NCBI GenBank assembly: GCA_963814585.1
Contig: CAWFDF010000003.1
Coordinates: forward strand, 352,001 to 416,000
DNA: 64,000 bases
Source: an uncultured delta proteobacterium
Lineage (GTDB): Bacteria; Myxococcota; Myxococcia; Myxococcales; Anaeromyxobacteraceae
Direction of reading: 5' to 3'
Shown: positions 40,594-49,433 of the stretch, piece after piece
Numbering within the stretch: position 1 is the stretch's first letter
Layout: each line of letters starts with the position of its first letter
Program-made: the position numbers and the translations under genes
Notes under the pieces: model-generated
The model's database searches: none
Told to the model about the DNA's origin: nothing
Seen by the model: the letters and a program-made list of their open reading frames with translations, nothing else

Positions 40594-43407
40594 CTAGTTG
40601 TTCGGGAGGTTTCCGCCCGCGCCGAGCGAGTAGGTCGGGGCCACCGAGTCGGCCGGGACGTCCTCGAACTGCGCCTCCACCGCCGCGTCCGAGCTGGGGA
40701 TCTCGATGGGGAGGCGGGCCGCCCCGTAGGTCCAGCCGGCGATCGGGTTCCTGTTGAAGACGAAGTCGAGGATGGCCCGGTCATAGGCGCCGAAGTCCGC
40801 GACGATCGAGTCCACGCCCACGTGGGCCGTGGGTGTCCCGGTGGTGACCACCGTGGCGTTCACGTTGGCCGGGTTCGACACCAGGGGGTAGCTCCCCGCC
40901 ACGCCCAGGGTCTCGTCGAGCGTGGTGAGCCCGTTGACGAACGGCTTCAGGATGGCCGCCCGGTCGAGGTGGGCCACCAGCACGATCTTGAGGCTCGGGT
41001 TGACCGGCGCGATGACGTTGCCATCGGCCAGGGCGTAACCGTCACGGGCGCGGAACAGGTCGATGACCCGGTTGCGGTCCCTGATGGCGGGGTTGATGGT
41101 GCTGTCGTTCGAGCCGCTCGGGAGCGGACCGTCGAAGGAGAGCGGCACCCCGGCGTCGAGGCCGCTGTACGCTCCCTTGCGCGCCGTGATGCGGACCACC
41201 GCGAGGTCGGCCCCCACCAGCGTGTTGGTGGAGACGATGGGGATGGTGAAGCCGTTGGTCCCGGCCACGCCGCTCCCGGCCACCGCGTAGTTGTAGTCCG
41301 AGAGCATGGCGCTGTACTGGTCCGCGCCCGCCAGCCCGTCGACGACGCCGTCGAAGTAGACCTCGACCGTGCCGTCCTTGTCCGAGTCCGAGCTGAACTC
41401 GTTCAGGTCAGGCGCGCCGGTGGTGCCGCCGGCGACGTCGATGTACCGGGACTGGGAGATGGGCAGGCGGCCGGCGTTGGAGGTGGCGGCGTTCCTGAGC
41501 AGCACCAGGGCCTTCTTCTGGGCGTCGAAGCCGGCCTGCAGGGTCGCCGTGGAGCGGACGGTGGCGGTGGCGACGGCCGGGTCCGCGTAGGGGTTCTCGA
41601 AGAGACCGAGCCTGAAGGTCATCTCGAGGATCTTGGTCGCGGCGCCGTCGATGTCGGCGGTCGTGAGCAGGCCCTGGTCGAAGGCAGCCTGGACGAGGGT
41701 GTGGGAGTCATTGCCGAGCTGGTGCGAGCCGGATCGCACGAACGAGGCCGCCTTCTCGGGTCCGGTGAACATCTCCAGGCCCCAGGCCGAGTTGCCGGCC
41801 GAGCCCCAGTCACCGGTGATCATCCCGTCGAAGCCCAGGGTCTGCTTGAGGTAGGTCTGGATGAGCCGGTCCGAGTGGGAGGCCCCGACCTGCTCGGGAT
41901 CCCACTCCGGGACCTTGAAGATCGAGTAGCAGGGCATGACCGCGGCCGAGCCGGCCGCGATGGCCGCCTTGAACGGGATCTGGTGGTACTCGAACATCCC
42001 GCCCGGGAAGACGTTGAACTTCCCCGGAGCGGAGTGGCTGTCCTTGCCGTCCTCGTCGGCGCCGGCGCCGGGGTAGTGCTTCATGGTGGCGGCGATGCCG
42101 TTGCGAAGCCCGCCGCCACCGCGGCCGCCCTGGAAGCCCTCGATCTCCGCCTTGACGTGCTTGGCGGCGTGGTGGGCGTTCTCGCCGAAGAGGTTCTGGA
42201 CCCGGGCCCAGCGGGGCTCGGTGGCGATGTCGGCCATGGGGCCGAGCTGCCAGCGGAAGCCCATGGCCATGAACTCGGCGCGGATGGTGTTGCCGAAGGC
42301 GAAGGTGGCGTCGGTGTTGTTGATGGCGCCCATGCCGAAGGGCTGCGGCCAGTGGGACACCTGGATGGTGGGGTTGCCGGACCCGTTGTTGCCGCACATC
42401 GTCTGGGCGCCGCTGGTCCCGTTGGTGCACGTGCTGATCGAGTGGACCGGGTCGGCGGTGACCACGAACGGGATGGCGAGGGGCAGCCCCTCGGCGAGCG
42501 CCTGGACGTTGTTGAGGTAGGTGGTGTACTGGGCCGGGGTGATGGTCCCGAGGCGGATGAGCGCCTGGCGGCGATGGTCGACGGAGATCGTGTTGACTGC
42601 CGACTGGATGTTGCCGCTGGCCGTGCCGCTGCCGATGCTGCTGCTCTCGGACATGAGGCCGACCTTCTGGGGAATGCCCATCTGCTTCACGAGGTTCTGG
42701 GCACGGCAGATCTCGAGGAGCCGCCAGTCCTCGTACGGGTCAAGGCTGCCGTTCTTGTTGAGGTCACGGAACTTGAGGCCGTCCACGGTGAGCTCGGTGA
42801 CCGCGGTGTAGGGCACGTCGGTGACCCCGGTGCCCGGGTTGTAGGTGTACGGCACGCCGCCGTTGAGGGGCTGGCCGCCATACGCCGCGGCGTAGCCGAG
42901 CACCGGCTGCTGCGTGTAGACGATGGCGTTGCAGTCCGCGACCGTCGGAGGCTGCGGCGGGACCATGGCGCTCAGGATGCAGCCGCCGCCGTAGCAGGAC
43001 CAGCCGGTGGGGCAGAAGCCGGCCTGGTTGGTGGAGCTGCAGATGTCGGCATCCGGGACGCAGCCGCCCATGAAGCAGGACTCGCCGGCGACGGCGCAGG
43101 CGCCGTTCGGCTCGGAGGTGCTGCACGCCACGGGGGTCGGCACGGCCGACTCGAGAATGCAGCCGCCCCCGAAGCAGGCGAAGCCTGCGGGGCAGGTGCC
43201 GCTCGAGTTGGTCGCGCTGCAGAGGCTGGCCGAGGCCACGCAGGTGCCCTGGAAGCAGGACTGGCCCGAGGCGCAGGTGCCGCTGGTGTAAGAGGGGCTG
43301 CAGGCCGGGATCTCGTTGGTGACCGTGGTGGTGTCGGTCCCGGAACAGGCGGTTCCCAGCAGAACCAGGGCTACGGCGGCTGGAAGGATCCTTCGGAAAG
43401 CCTTCAC
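40594..43407 (-). CDS. GH3 glycosidase lipoprotein with four N-terminal Cys-rich repeats
   Basis: Lipobox LGTAC; FRDLNKNGSLDPYEDW, ADPVH, EPRWAR, KHYPG, MPCYS, nucleophile TGDW. Confidence 0.92.
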   Translation of the reverse strand: MKAFRRILPAAVALVLLGTACSGTDTTTVTNEIPACSPSYTSGTCASGQSCFQGTCVASASLCSATNSSGTCPAGFACFGGGCILESAVPTPVACSTSEPNGACAVAGESCFMGGCVPDADICSSTNQAGFCPTGWSCYGGGCILSAMVPPQPPTVADCNAIVYTQQPVLGYAAAYGGQPLNGGVPYTYNPGTGVTDVPYTAVTELTVDGLKFRDLNKNGSLDPYEDWRLLEICRAQNLVKQMGIPQKVGLMSESSSIGSGTASGNIQSAVNTISVDHRRQALIRLGTITPAQYTTYLNNVQALAEGLPLAIPFVVTADPVHSISTCTNGTSGAQTMCGNNGSGNPTIQVSHWPQPFGMGAINNTDATFAFGNTIRAEFMAMGFRWQLGPMADIATEPRWARVQNLFGENAHHAAKHVKAEIEGFQGGRGGGGLRNGIAATMKHYPGAGADEDGKDSHSAPGKFNVFPGGMFEYHQIPFKAAIAAGSAAVMPCYSIFKVPEWDPEQVGASHSDRLIQTYLKQTLGFDGMITGDWGSAGNSAWGLEMFTGPEKAASFVRSGSHQLGNDSHTLVQAAFDQGLLTTADIDGAATKILEMTFRLGLFENPYADPAVATATVRSTATLQAGFDAQKKALVLLRNAATSNAGRLPISQSRYIDVAGGTTGAPDLNEFSSDSDKDGTVEVYFDGVVDGLAGADQYSAMLSDYNYAVAGSGVAGTNGFTIPIVSTNTLVGADLAVVRITARKGAYSGLDAGVPLSFDGPLPSGSNDSTINPAIRDRNRVIDLFRARDGYALADGNVIAPVNPSLKIVLVAHLDRAAILKPFVNGLTTLDETLGVAGSYPLVSNPANVNATVVTTGTPTAHVGVDSIVADFGAYDRAILDFVFNRNPIAGWTYGAARLPIEIPSSDAAVEAQFEDVPADSVAPTYSLGAGGNLPNN
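42976..43305 (-). repeat. Four tandem 4-Cys protein repeats (CS-x5-G-x-C-x2/3-G-x2-C-F/Y-x-G-x-C)
   Basis: CSPSYTSGTCASGQSCFQGTC, CSATNSSGTCPAGFACFGGGC, CSTSEPNGACAVAGESCFMGGC, CSSTNQAGFCPTGWSCYGGGC. Confidence 0.9.
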
Positions 43408-43520
43408 GACGACCTCCTCGATGACTGTGGGTACGAGACGCTCCTGCGGGTTGAGAGACGGGCGAGGGCACGGCGCTGCTCAGAGTCGCAGCACACGATG
43501 CCCGGGTGCTGCGCGGTGCG

Positions 43521-43556
43521 CTTCCGTGTTCTTGCCTCCGACTTGTGCGTTCTTGC
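43521..43556 (-). promoter_or_regulatory. Putative AraC-family operator: GCAAGAAC-N4-AAG direct repeat with 21-bp period
   Basis: Plus strand cttccgtgttcttgc (43521-43535) and cttgtgcgttcttgc (43542-43556), upstream of the GH3 operon. Confidence 0.6.
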
Positions 43557-43775
43557 GGCTGGGCCGAAGGGCATGCGCGATGGCGCGCCGCGCCTTCCAG
43601 CGCGCCGCGCCCACCGGTCACACCCATGGCGGCAACGGGCCGCAGAGCGCGGTCGACACCTGGAGTGCCACGTGCTTCCCGGGCCCTGGCCTGGCCTTCC
43701 TCGTCTTTTCGGGCTGGTGGGGTGCGGACTCGTGCCGCAGTGCGCGACGGAAGCCCCACAGTCCAATTGTCACAC

Positions 43776-43805
43776 CCCGTACAGGCTCCTCCCGTACAGG
43801 CTCCT
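43776..43805 (+). repeat. Perfect 15-bp tandem duplication (cccgtacaggctcct x2)
   Basis: 43776-43790 equals 43791-43805. Confidence 0.9.
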
Positions 43806-43844
43806 CCTTGTCGGTCGTCGAAGCCATGGGCTACGTTCCGCGCG

Positions 43845-44750
43845 ATGGGAATGACGACGCAGCTGGCAGGGCTCCTGCCGAGGGTCTCCGGCGACGGATC
43901 GGTGCGTGGCCTGGCCGACCTGCCAGGAGCCCGGGCCGCCTTCGCGCGGGACTGGGGCGGCGTCCGGGCGATCCAGCTCCACCTCGACCCGCAGGACGTT
44001 CCCGAGGGCTACCTGCTCAGCAACCTGGTCTCCATGAACCTCGGCCGGGAGTCGCTCTGTGACTCCAGCATCGAGGGGCGCGGCTGGCAGACCTACCGCA
44101 CCCCGCACCACGGGGTGACGGTCATCCCGGCCGGCCTGCCCTTCGCCACCCGGGCCAGGGAGGGCAGTGACTACCTTCTCGTCGAGCTGCTGCCCGAGTT
44201 CGTGTCGCGGGTCCTCGGCGCCGGGGGCGGGGAGAGCGTGCTGCCGACCGTGCTCGGCGTCCGGGACACCTTCGCCGAGCACGTGCTGCTGGCGCTGGCC
44301 GAGGAGGGGCGTCGCGAGACCCAGTCGACGGTCCTGGCCGAGAGCCTCGGGACCGCGCTGGTCACCCACCTCGCGGAGCGCCGGGTGGTCGCCGCCCCGG
44401 CCCCGCCCCCGCCGGCCATGCCGTCGCTCCCCAGCCACACGCTCCGCAGCGTCCTGGAGTTCGTGTCAAGGAACCTCGATACGCCGCTCTCGCTGGAGCG
44501 GCTCGCGGCGGTGGCCGGCATGGACCTGTACCGCTTCGCGCGCGCCTTCAAGCAGAGCACCGGGTCGTCGCCCCACCACTACGTGCTGGAGACGCGCATC
44601 CTGCGGGCCAAGGAGCTGCTGCGCGATCGGGCCATCTCGATCACCGAGATCGCCTACCGGACCGGCTTCGCCAGCCCCAGCCACTTCTCGGTGACCTTCC
44701 GGCGGATCACCAAGGTGGCGCCGCGCGCCTTCCGCGACGGCGCGGAGTAG
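43845..44750 (+). CDS. AraC-family transcriptional regulator
   Basis: LSLERLAAVAGMDLYRFARAFKQSTG, SITEIAYRTGFASPSHFS; divergent from the GH3 operon. Confidence 0.93.
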   Translation: MGMTTQLAGLLPRVSGDGSVRGLADLPGARAAFARDWGGVRAIQLHLDPQDVPEGYLLSNLVSMNLGRESLCDSSIEGRGWQTYRTPHHGVTVIPAGLPFATRAREGSDYLLVELLPEFVSRVLGAGGGESVLPTVLGVRDTFAEHVLLALAEEGRRETQSTVLAESLGTALVTHLAERRVVAAPAPPPPAMPSLPSHTLRSVLEFVSRNLDTPLSLERLAAVAGMDLYRFARAFKQSTGSSPHHYVLETRILRAKELLRDRAISITEIAYRTGFASPSHFSVTFRRITKVAPRAFRDGAE

Positions 44751-44767
44751 GTCCAGGCCGCTTCGCC

Positions 44768-45469
44768 TCAGGGCCCGACCAGCCGGAGCACCAGCTCCAG
44801 GCCGTGCTCGACCCCGTGGGTGCGGGGCAGGAGCAGCGTGCGGATGCCGAGGCGGGCCGCGCCGGCGTCATCGGTGGCGTTGTCGCCGACCATGAGCGCG
44901 CGGGCGGGCGGGACGCCCAGCGCCTCCAGGGCCCGCTGGAAGATCGGGCCGTGGGGCTTCACCGCGCCGACCTCGAAGGAGAGGATGACCGCGTCGAAGA
45001 GGTCTCCCATCCCGCTGCGCTCCAGCACGCCCCGCACGTCGACACCCACGTTGGAGATGAGGGCCAGCTTGAGGCCGCGTGCCTTGAGCGCCCGCAGGGT
45101 GGGCAGCGCGTCGTCGTAGGGAATCCAGGTCTCCAGCATGACCTCGTAGAGCGCCTGGGCCAGCTGGTCGTCCACCTCGGGGACCCGTTCCATCAGCGCG
45201 TCGTAGACCTCCCGGTGGCGCCTGGGCGACAGGTCGCGCTCGTTGTGCGGATCGACCTCGAGAACGTGCTCCCAGATGCGGTCCACCCAGGCCGCCAGCC
45301 GCCCGGCGCGCTCCGGCCCCAGCGAGTCCTGCACCGTCCCGGCGCGCCCGGCGTGCCGCCAGGCCAGCTCCAGCCAGGCGCGAGGGTCTCCCTGATCCAC
45401 CAGCGTGGAGTGGAAGTCGAAGAGCACGGCCTCGATGGCGTCCGGCGTGTCGAGCGAGCGCAGGGTCAT
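44768..45469 (-). CDS. HAD-IA family hydrolase
   Basis: LFDFHSTL, LISN, KP..PIF, MVGDNATDD. Confidence 0.88.
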   Translation of the reverse strand: MTLRSLDTPDAIEAVLFDFHSTLVDQGDPRAWLELAWRHAGRAGTVQDSLGPERAGRLAAWVDRIWEHVLEVDPHNERDLSPRRHREVYDALMERVPEVDDQLAQALYEVMLETWIPYDDALPTLRALKARGLKLALISNVGVDVRGVLERSGMGDLFDAVILSFEVGAVKPHGPIFQRALEALGVPPARALMVGDNATDDAGAARLGIRTLLLPRTHGVEHGLELVLRLVGP

Positions 45470-45485
45470 CCGTCACCTCGCCCGC

Positions 45486-46076
45486 CTACGGCGACATCCC
45501 CGGCCCCCAGGCCATCTCCCACTGCCTCCCGGGCCTCGCGCTCGGTGCGGAGACGATGGTCCGCTCCAGCGCGCCCTGCACGCAGCGCGCCGCGTTCTCG
45601 TCGAGGGCGACCGGGTCCGCGCCGCTGGCCTCCTCGGTCCCGGCGCCGGCCGGCTCCACCCGCACCTCCAGCACCCGCACCCGCTGGTCCAGGGTCTCGA
45701 GGGTGAGGAAGAGGGTGGCGTCACGCAGCCGGCAGGCCTCGATGCGGCCGTCGAGATCCTTCAGCCCGGCGAAGACCTCCCGGCGCAGGGGCTCGAGCGC
45801 CTCGAGCCGCTCGCGAGGGTCCAGCGGCAGATCGGGCGGCCTCGGCGCCTCCACCGCTGGCCGGGGCGGCGGCGGGAGAGGCCGGGCCTCGCGGACCGGC
45901 TCCGGCGCGGGCGGAGCCGCGACGGGTGGCGGCTCGGAGGGCGCTGCGCGAGGAGCTTCGACGGGTGCCGGCCGGGTCGGCCGGGTCGGCTCCGGCCACA
46001 GCACGTAGAGCGAGCCGGCCGTGAAGAGGATCGCGACTCCACCCAGTCCAAGCTGGCGCCAATGCCCGGTGGTCAC
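45486..46076 (-). CDS. Hypothetical membrane-anchored protein with Pro-rich linker and two-Cys C-terminal domain
   Basis: GTG after ggaggg; N-terminal TM, Pro-rich stalk, IEAC...ARCV. Confidence 0.6.
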   Translation of the reverse strand: MTTGHWRQLGLGGVAILFTAGSLYVLWPEPTRPTRPAPVEAPRAAPSEPPPVAAPPAPEPVREARPLPPPPRPAVEAPRPPDLPLDPRERLEALEPLRREVFAGLKDLDGRIEACRLRDATLFLTLETLDQRVRVLEVRVEPAGAGTEEASGADPVALDENAARCVQGALERTIVSAPSARPGRQWEMAWGPGMSP

Positions 46077-46223
46077 GTCCCCTCCCCTTCCCACATCGAG
46101 AATCGGCCCAGCGCTCGCCGGCCCCCAGCACCGACGGTGGCGAAGGTACGCTCGCCTCGCCCCGTTGCCAACCGCTCCGGACACCGCTCCGGCGGTCGCT
46201 GAACGGACGGCTGACCAAGAACT

Positions 46224-46345
46224 TCACGGCGTCGCCGTTGAAGCCGATCTGCAGCTCCAGGTCCAGCTCGCGGATGGCCTCGAGCGCCGTGGCGGCCTCC
46301 ATCCGGCCGTGGCTGGTGCGGGTGCCGTCGAGGTCGGTGGCCAGG
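46224..46345 (-). pseudogene. Internally deleted remnant of the 5' end of the HAD-ATPase gene (27933..29633)
   Basis: Matches 29219-29288 (65/70) joined to 29563-29619 (53/57); translates LATDLDGTRTSHGRMEAAT-ALEAIRELDLELQIGFNGDAV. Confidence 0.88.
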
Positions 46346-46392
46346 ATTCGGCGGGTTCCCACAGGACGTGAGAGGCTTCGGCGGGAGGGACG

Positions 46393-47622
46393 ATGGCCGG
46401 CGAGGACCCGGAGGACGGGAAGACGAGGGCGCACCGGCCCGGCGCGCTGGATCCGCGGCTGCCGCCCACCGTGGTGGGCCTCGGGCTGGTGAGCCTGCTC
46501 ACCGACGCCTCGAGCGAGGCCATCTTCCCGCTCCTCCCGGCCTTCCTGGCGACGCTGGGCGCCTCCAACGCCTTCATCGGCCTGGTCGAGGGCGCCGCCG
46601 AGCTGGTCGCCAACGTCCTCAAGTACCTGGTCGGCCTGGCCGCCGATCGACGAACGCGCCTGAAGCCGCTGGTGCTCCTCGGCTACGGGGTCTCGACCAT
46701 GGCCCGGCCACTCATGGCCCTCGCGGCCCTGCCCTGGCACGTGCTCGCGGTGCGCCTGCTCGACCGGGTGGGCAAGGGCGTCCGCACCAGCCCGCGCGAC
46801 GCCCTCATCGCTGGCGCGACCTCGCCAGCCATCCGGGGGAGGGCCTTCGGCTTCCACCGCGCCATGGATCACGCCGGCGCGGCGCTCGGCACGCTGCTCG
46901 GGGCCGGGCTCCTCTGGTGGCTGGGCGCGGGCGGCAACCAGCCGGCCAGCGGCGAGCAGCTTCGCACCGTCTTCCTCTGGGCGGCCGTGCCCGGCGGGCT
47001 GGCGATGGTCGCCCTGGCCCTCACCCGCGAGCCACCGCGACCGCCGCCGGCCGCGGGACCGCCGTCCGCCTCGGGTCACATGCCGCCGGCGTTGCGGCGC
47101 GCGCTGCTCCCCCTCGGGCTCTTCGCCTTCGCCAACGCCACCGACGCCTTCATCCTGGTGAAGCTGGCGCGGATGGGCGCGCCGACCGTCCTCGCCCCGC
47201 TCCTCTGGCTCGCGCTCCACGTCATCAAGGCCGGGACCGCCACGGCCGGCGGGCGCCTCGCCGACCGGCACGGGCGGCGCAACGCGCTGGCGCTCGGCTG
47301 GACGGTCTACGCGGTCACCTGGTCGGCCGTCGGCCTCGCAGAGACCGTGCCGCTCCTCTTCGTCCTCGCCGCCATCTACGGCACCTCGCACGGCCTCGTG
47401 GAGGGAGCCGAGCGCGCGCTGGTGGCCGACCTCGCGGCCGGGAGCGGCGCCGGGAGGGCCTTCGGCGCCTACAACATGCTGACCGGGTTCAGCGCGCTGG
47501 CAGCCAGCACGGCCTTCGGCCTGGCCTGGGACCGCCTCGGCGGTGCGGTCGCCTTCGCCGGCTCGGGCGCCGTCGCGCTGGTCGCGGCGGTGGCGCTGCT
47601 GGCGCTGGTGCCGCGGCGCTGA
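46393..47622 (+). CDS. MFS transporter
   Basis: About 12 TMs; VSLLTDASSE, DRVGKGVRTSPRDALIA, GRLADRHGRR. Confidence 0.92.
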   Translation: MAGEDPEDGKTRAHRPGALDPRLPPTVVGLGLVSLLTDASSEAIFPLLPAFLATLGASNAFIGLVEGAAELVANVLKYLVGLAADRRTRLKPLVLLGYGVSTMARPLMALAALPWHVLAVRLLDRVGKGVRTSPRDALIAGATSPAIRGRAFGFHRAMDHAGAALGTLLGAGLLWWLGAGGNQPASGEQLRTVFLWAAVPGGLAMVALALTREPPRPPPAAGPPSASGHMPPALRRALLPLGLFAFANATDAFILVKLARMGAPTVLAPLLWLALHVIKAGTATAGGRLADRHGRRNALALGWTVYAVTWSAVGLAETVPLLFVLAAIYGTSHGLVEGAERALVADLAAGSGAGRAFGAYNMLTGFSALAASTAFGLAWDRLGGAVAFAGSGAVALVAAVALLALVPRR

Positions 47623-47640
47623 AGGCCGGCGCGCCGGGGC

Positions 47641-49251
47641 TCACATCTCCGGCGCCGGCGCGCTGGACTTCGGCTCCGGCAGCTCGGCCAGCGTCGCCTC
47701 GGTGAGGAGCAGCACGCTGGCGACCGAGACGGCGTTCTCCAGGGCCAGCCGCACCACCTTGGTGGCGTCGATGATCCCCTCCTGGACCAGGTCGACCCAG
47801 GTGCCGTGGGCGGCGTCGAAGCCCTGGTTGCCCGCGCCCTCCCGCATCCGCTGCACCACCACCGCGGCGTCGGCGCCGGAGTTCATGGCGATCTGCCGGG
47901 TGGGCACGGTGAGCGCGTGCGCCAGGATGACGAGCCCGGTCCGCTCGTCGCCGCTGCAGGTGGCCGCCTCCCGCTCCAGGGCCTCGACGGCTCGCAGCAG
48001 CACCAGGCCGGCGCCCGGGACGATCCCCTCCGCCACCGCCGCCTTGGTGGCGCTGATGGCGTCCTCGAAGGCCTCCTTGCGGCTCTTCAGCTCGGCCTCG
48101 GTGGGGGCGCCGACGTGGATCACCGCCACCCCACCGGTGAGCTTCCCCAGCCGCTCCTGCAGCTTCTCCTTGTCGTAGTCGCTCTTGGCCTCGCGGATCT
48201 CGCGCCGCAGCTGCTCGGTACGATCGACGATGGCCGTGTGGTCGCCCTTGCCGCCGATGATGGTCGTGGTCTCGCGGGCCACCACCACGCGGCGGGCGCT
48301 CCCCAGGTCGGCCAGACCGAGGGCCTCGAGCTTGGCGCCCAGCTGCTCCGAGACCACCCGCCCGCCGGTGAGCACGGCCAGGTCCTCCAGCAGGTCGCGG
48401 CGCCGGTCCCCGAAGCCCGGCGCCTTGACCGCCGCGCAGGCCAGCGTGGCCCGCAGCTTGTTGACCACCAGCGTGGCCAGCACGTCCCCCTCGACCTCCT
48501 CGGCGACGATGAGGAGCGGCCGGCCGGTCTTGAGGACCTCCTCGAGGATGGGGACGACGTCCTTCATGGCCGCGATGCGGCGGTCGGTGAGCAGGACGAA
48601 GGCGTCCTCCAGGACGCACTCCATCCGCTCGGGGTTGGTGACGAAGTAGGGGGAGAGGTAGCCGCGGTCGAACTGCATCCCCTCCACCACCTCCAGGGTG
48701 GTCTCGGTGCCCTTGGCCTCCTCGACCGAGATGACCCCCTCGCCACCCACCCGCTCCACGGCATCGGCGACCAGGTCGCCCATGGTGGCGTCGTTGTGGG
48801 CGGAGACGGTGGCGACCTGGGCCTTCTCCTTGCGGCTCCCCACCGGCCGCGACTGGGCCTTGAGGCTCGCCACCGCCACGCGGGCGCCGCGATCGAGGCC
48901 GCGCTTCAGGTCGATGGCGCTGGCGCCGGCCGCCACGTTCTTCAGCCCCTCGGCGTAGATGGCGTGAGCCAGCAGGGTGGAGGTGGTGGTGCCGTCGCCC
49001 ACCGTCTGCCCGGTCCGCTCGGCGGCCTGGCGCATCATCCGGGCGCCCAGGTTCTCGGTGGGGTCGTCGAGCTCCAGCTCCTTGGCGATGGTCACCCCGT
49101 CGTTGCAGACGATGGGCTCGCCCCAGCGCTTGTCGATGAGGACGCACTTGGACTTCGGCCCCAGGGTCACGCGCACGGCGTTGGCGAGCTTGCTGGCGCC
49201 CCGCAGCACGGCGTCGCGCGCCTCGTCCGCGAAGAGCAGTTGGCGCTTCAT
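47641..49251 (-). CDS. groEL: Chaperonin GroEL paralog (no adjacent groES, no GGM tail)
   Basis: VTLGPK, NDGVTIAKE, GDGTTT, EGMQFDRGYLSPYF, KAPGFGDRR. Confidence 0.96.
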   Translation of the reverse strand: MKRQLLFADEARDAVLRGASKLANAVRVTLGPKSKCVLIDKRWGEPIVCNDGVTIAKELELDDPTENLGARMMRQAAERTGQTVGDGTTTSTLLAHAIYAEGLKNVAAGASAIDLKRGLDRGARVAVASLKAQSRPVGSRKEKAQVATVSAHNDATMGDLVADAVERVGGEGVISVEEAKGTETTLEVVEGMQFDRGYLSPYFVTNPERMECVLEDAFVLLTDRRIAAMKDVVPILEEVLKTGRPLLIVAEEVEGDVLATLVVNKLRATLACAAVKAPGFGDRRRDLLEDLAVLTGGRVVSEQLGAKLEALGLADLGSARRVVVARETTTIIGGKGDHTAIVDRTEQLRREIREAKSDYDKEKLQERLGKLTGGVAVIHVGAPTEAELKSRKEAFEDAISATKAAVAEGIVPGAGLVLLRAVEALEREAATCSGDERTGLVILAHALTVPTRQIAMNSGADAAVVVQRMREGAGNQGFDAAHGTWVDLVQEGIIDATKVVRLALENAVSVASVLLLTEATLAELPEPKSSAPAPEM

Positions 49252-49433
49252 GGACAGAGCTTGAGCCAACCCGCGGCGGCGAGCGTGGTGAAGGCGGGTT
49301 CGCGCCTTGGTGTCGGACCTCTCCGCGCGCGTCAGCGCGCCGCGCCGCCATCGGGTGGCGGTTCGGACTCCCCGGCGGCGCGCACCTCGTGGTACGGGTG
49401 GCGTCGGGGGCGGCTGGAGGCCGCGCGAGCTGC

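Noticed and set aside
39133..43854. Very long antisense or alternate-frame ORFs (e.g. 39133..43854 +, 35314..38523 +, 20198..23683 +, 27531..30494 +, 59167..62121 -)
   Set aside because: Shadow ORFs expected from stop-codon scarcity in high-GC DNA; they overlap genes with clear motifs and give low-complexity Arg/Gly/Pro translations
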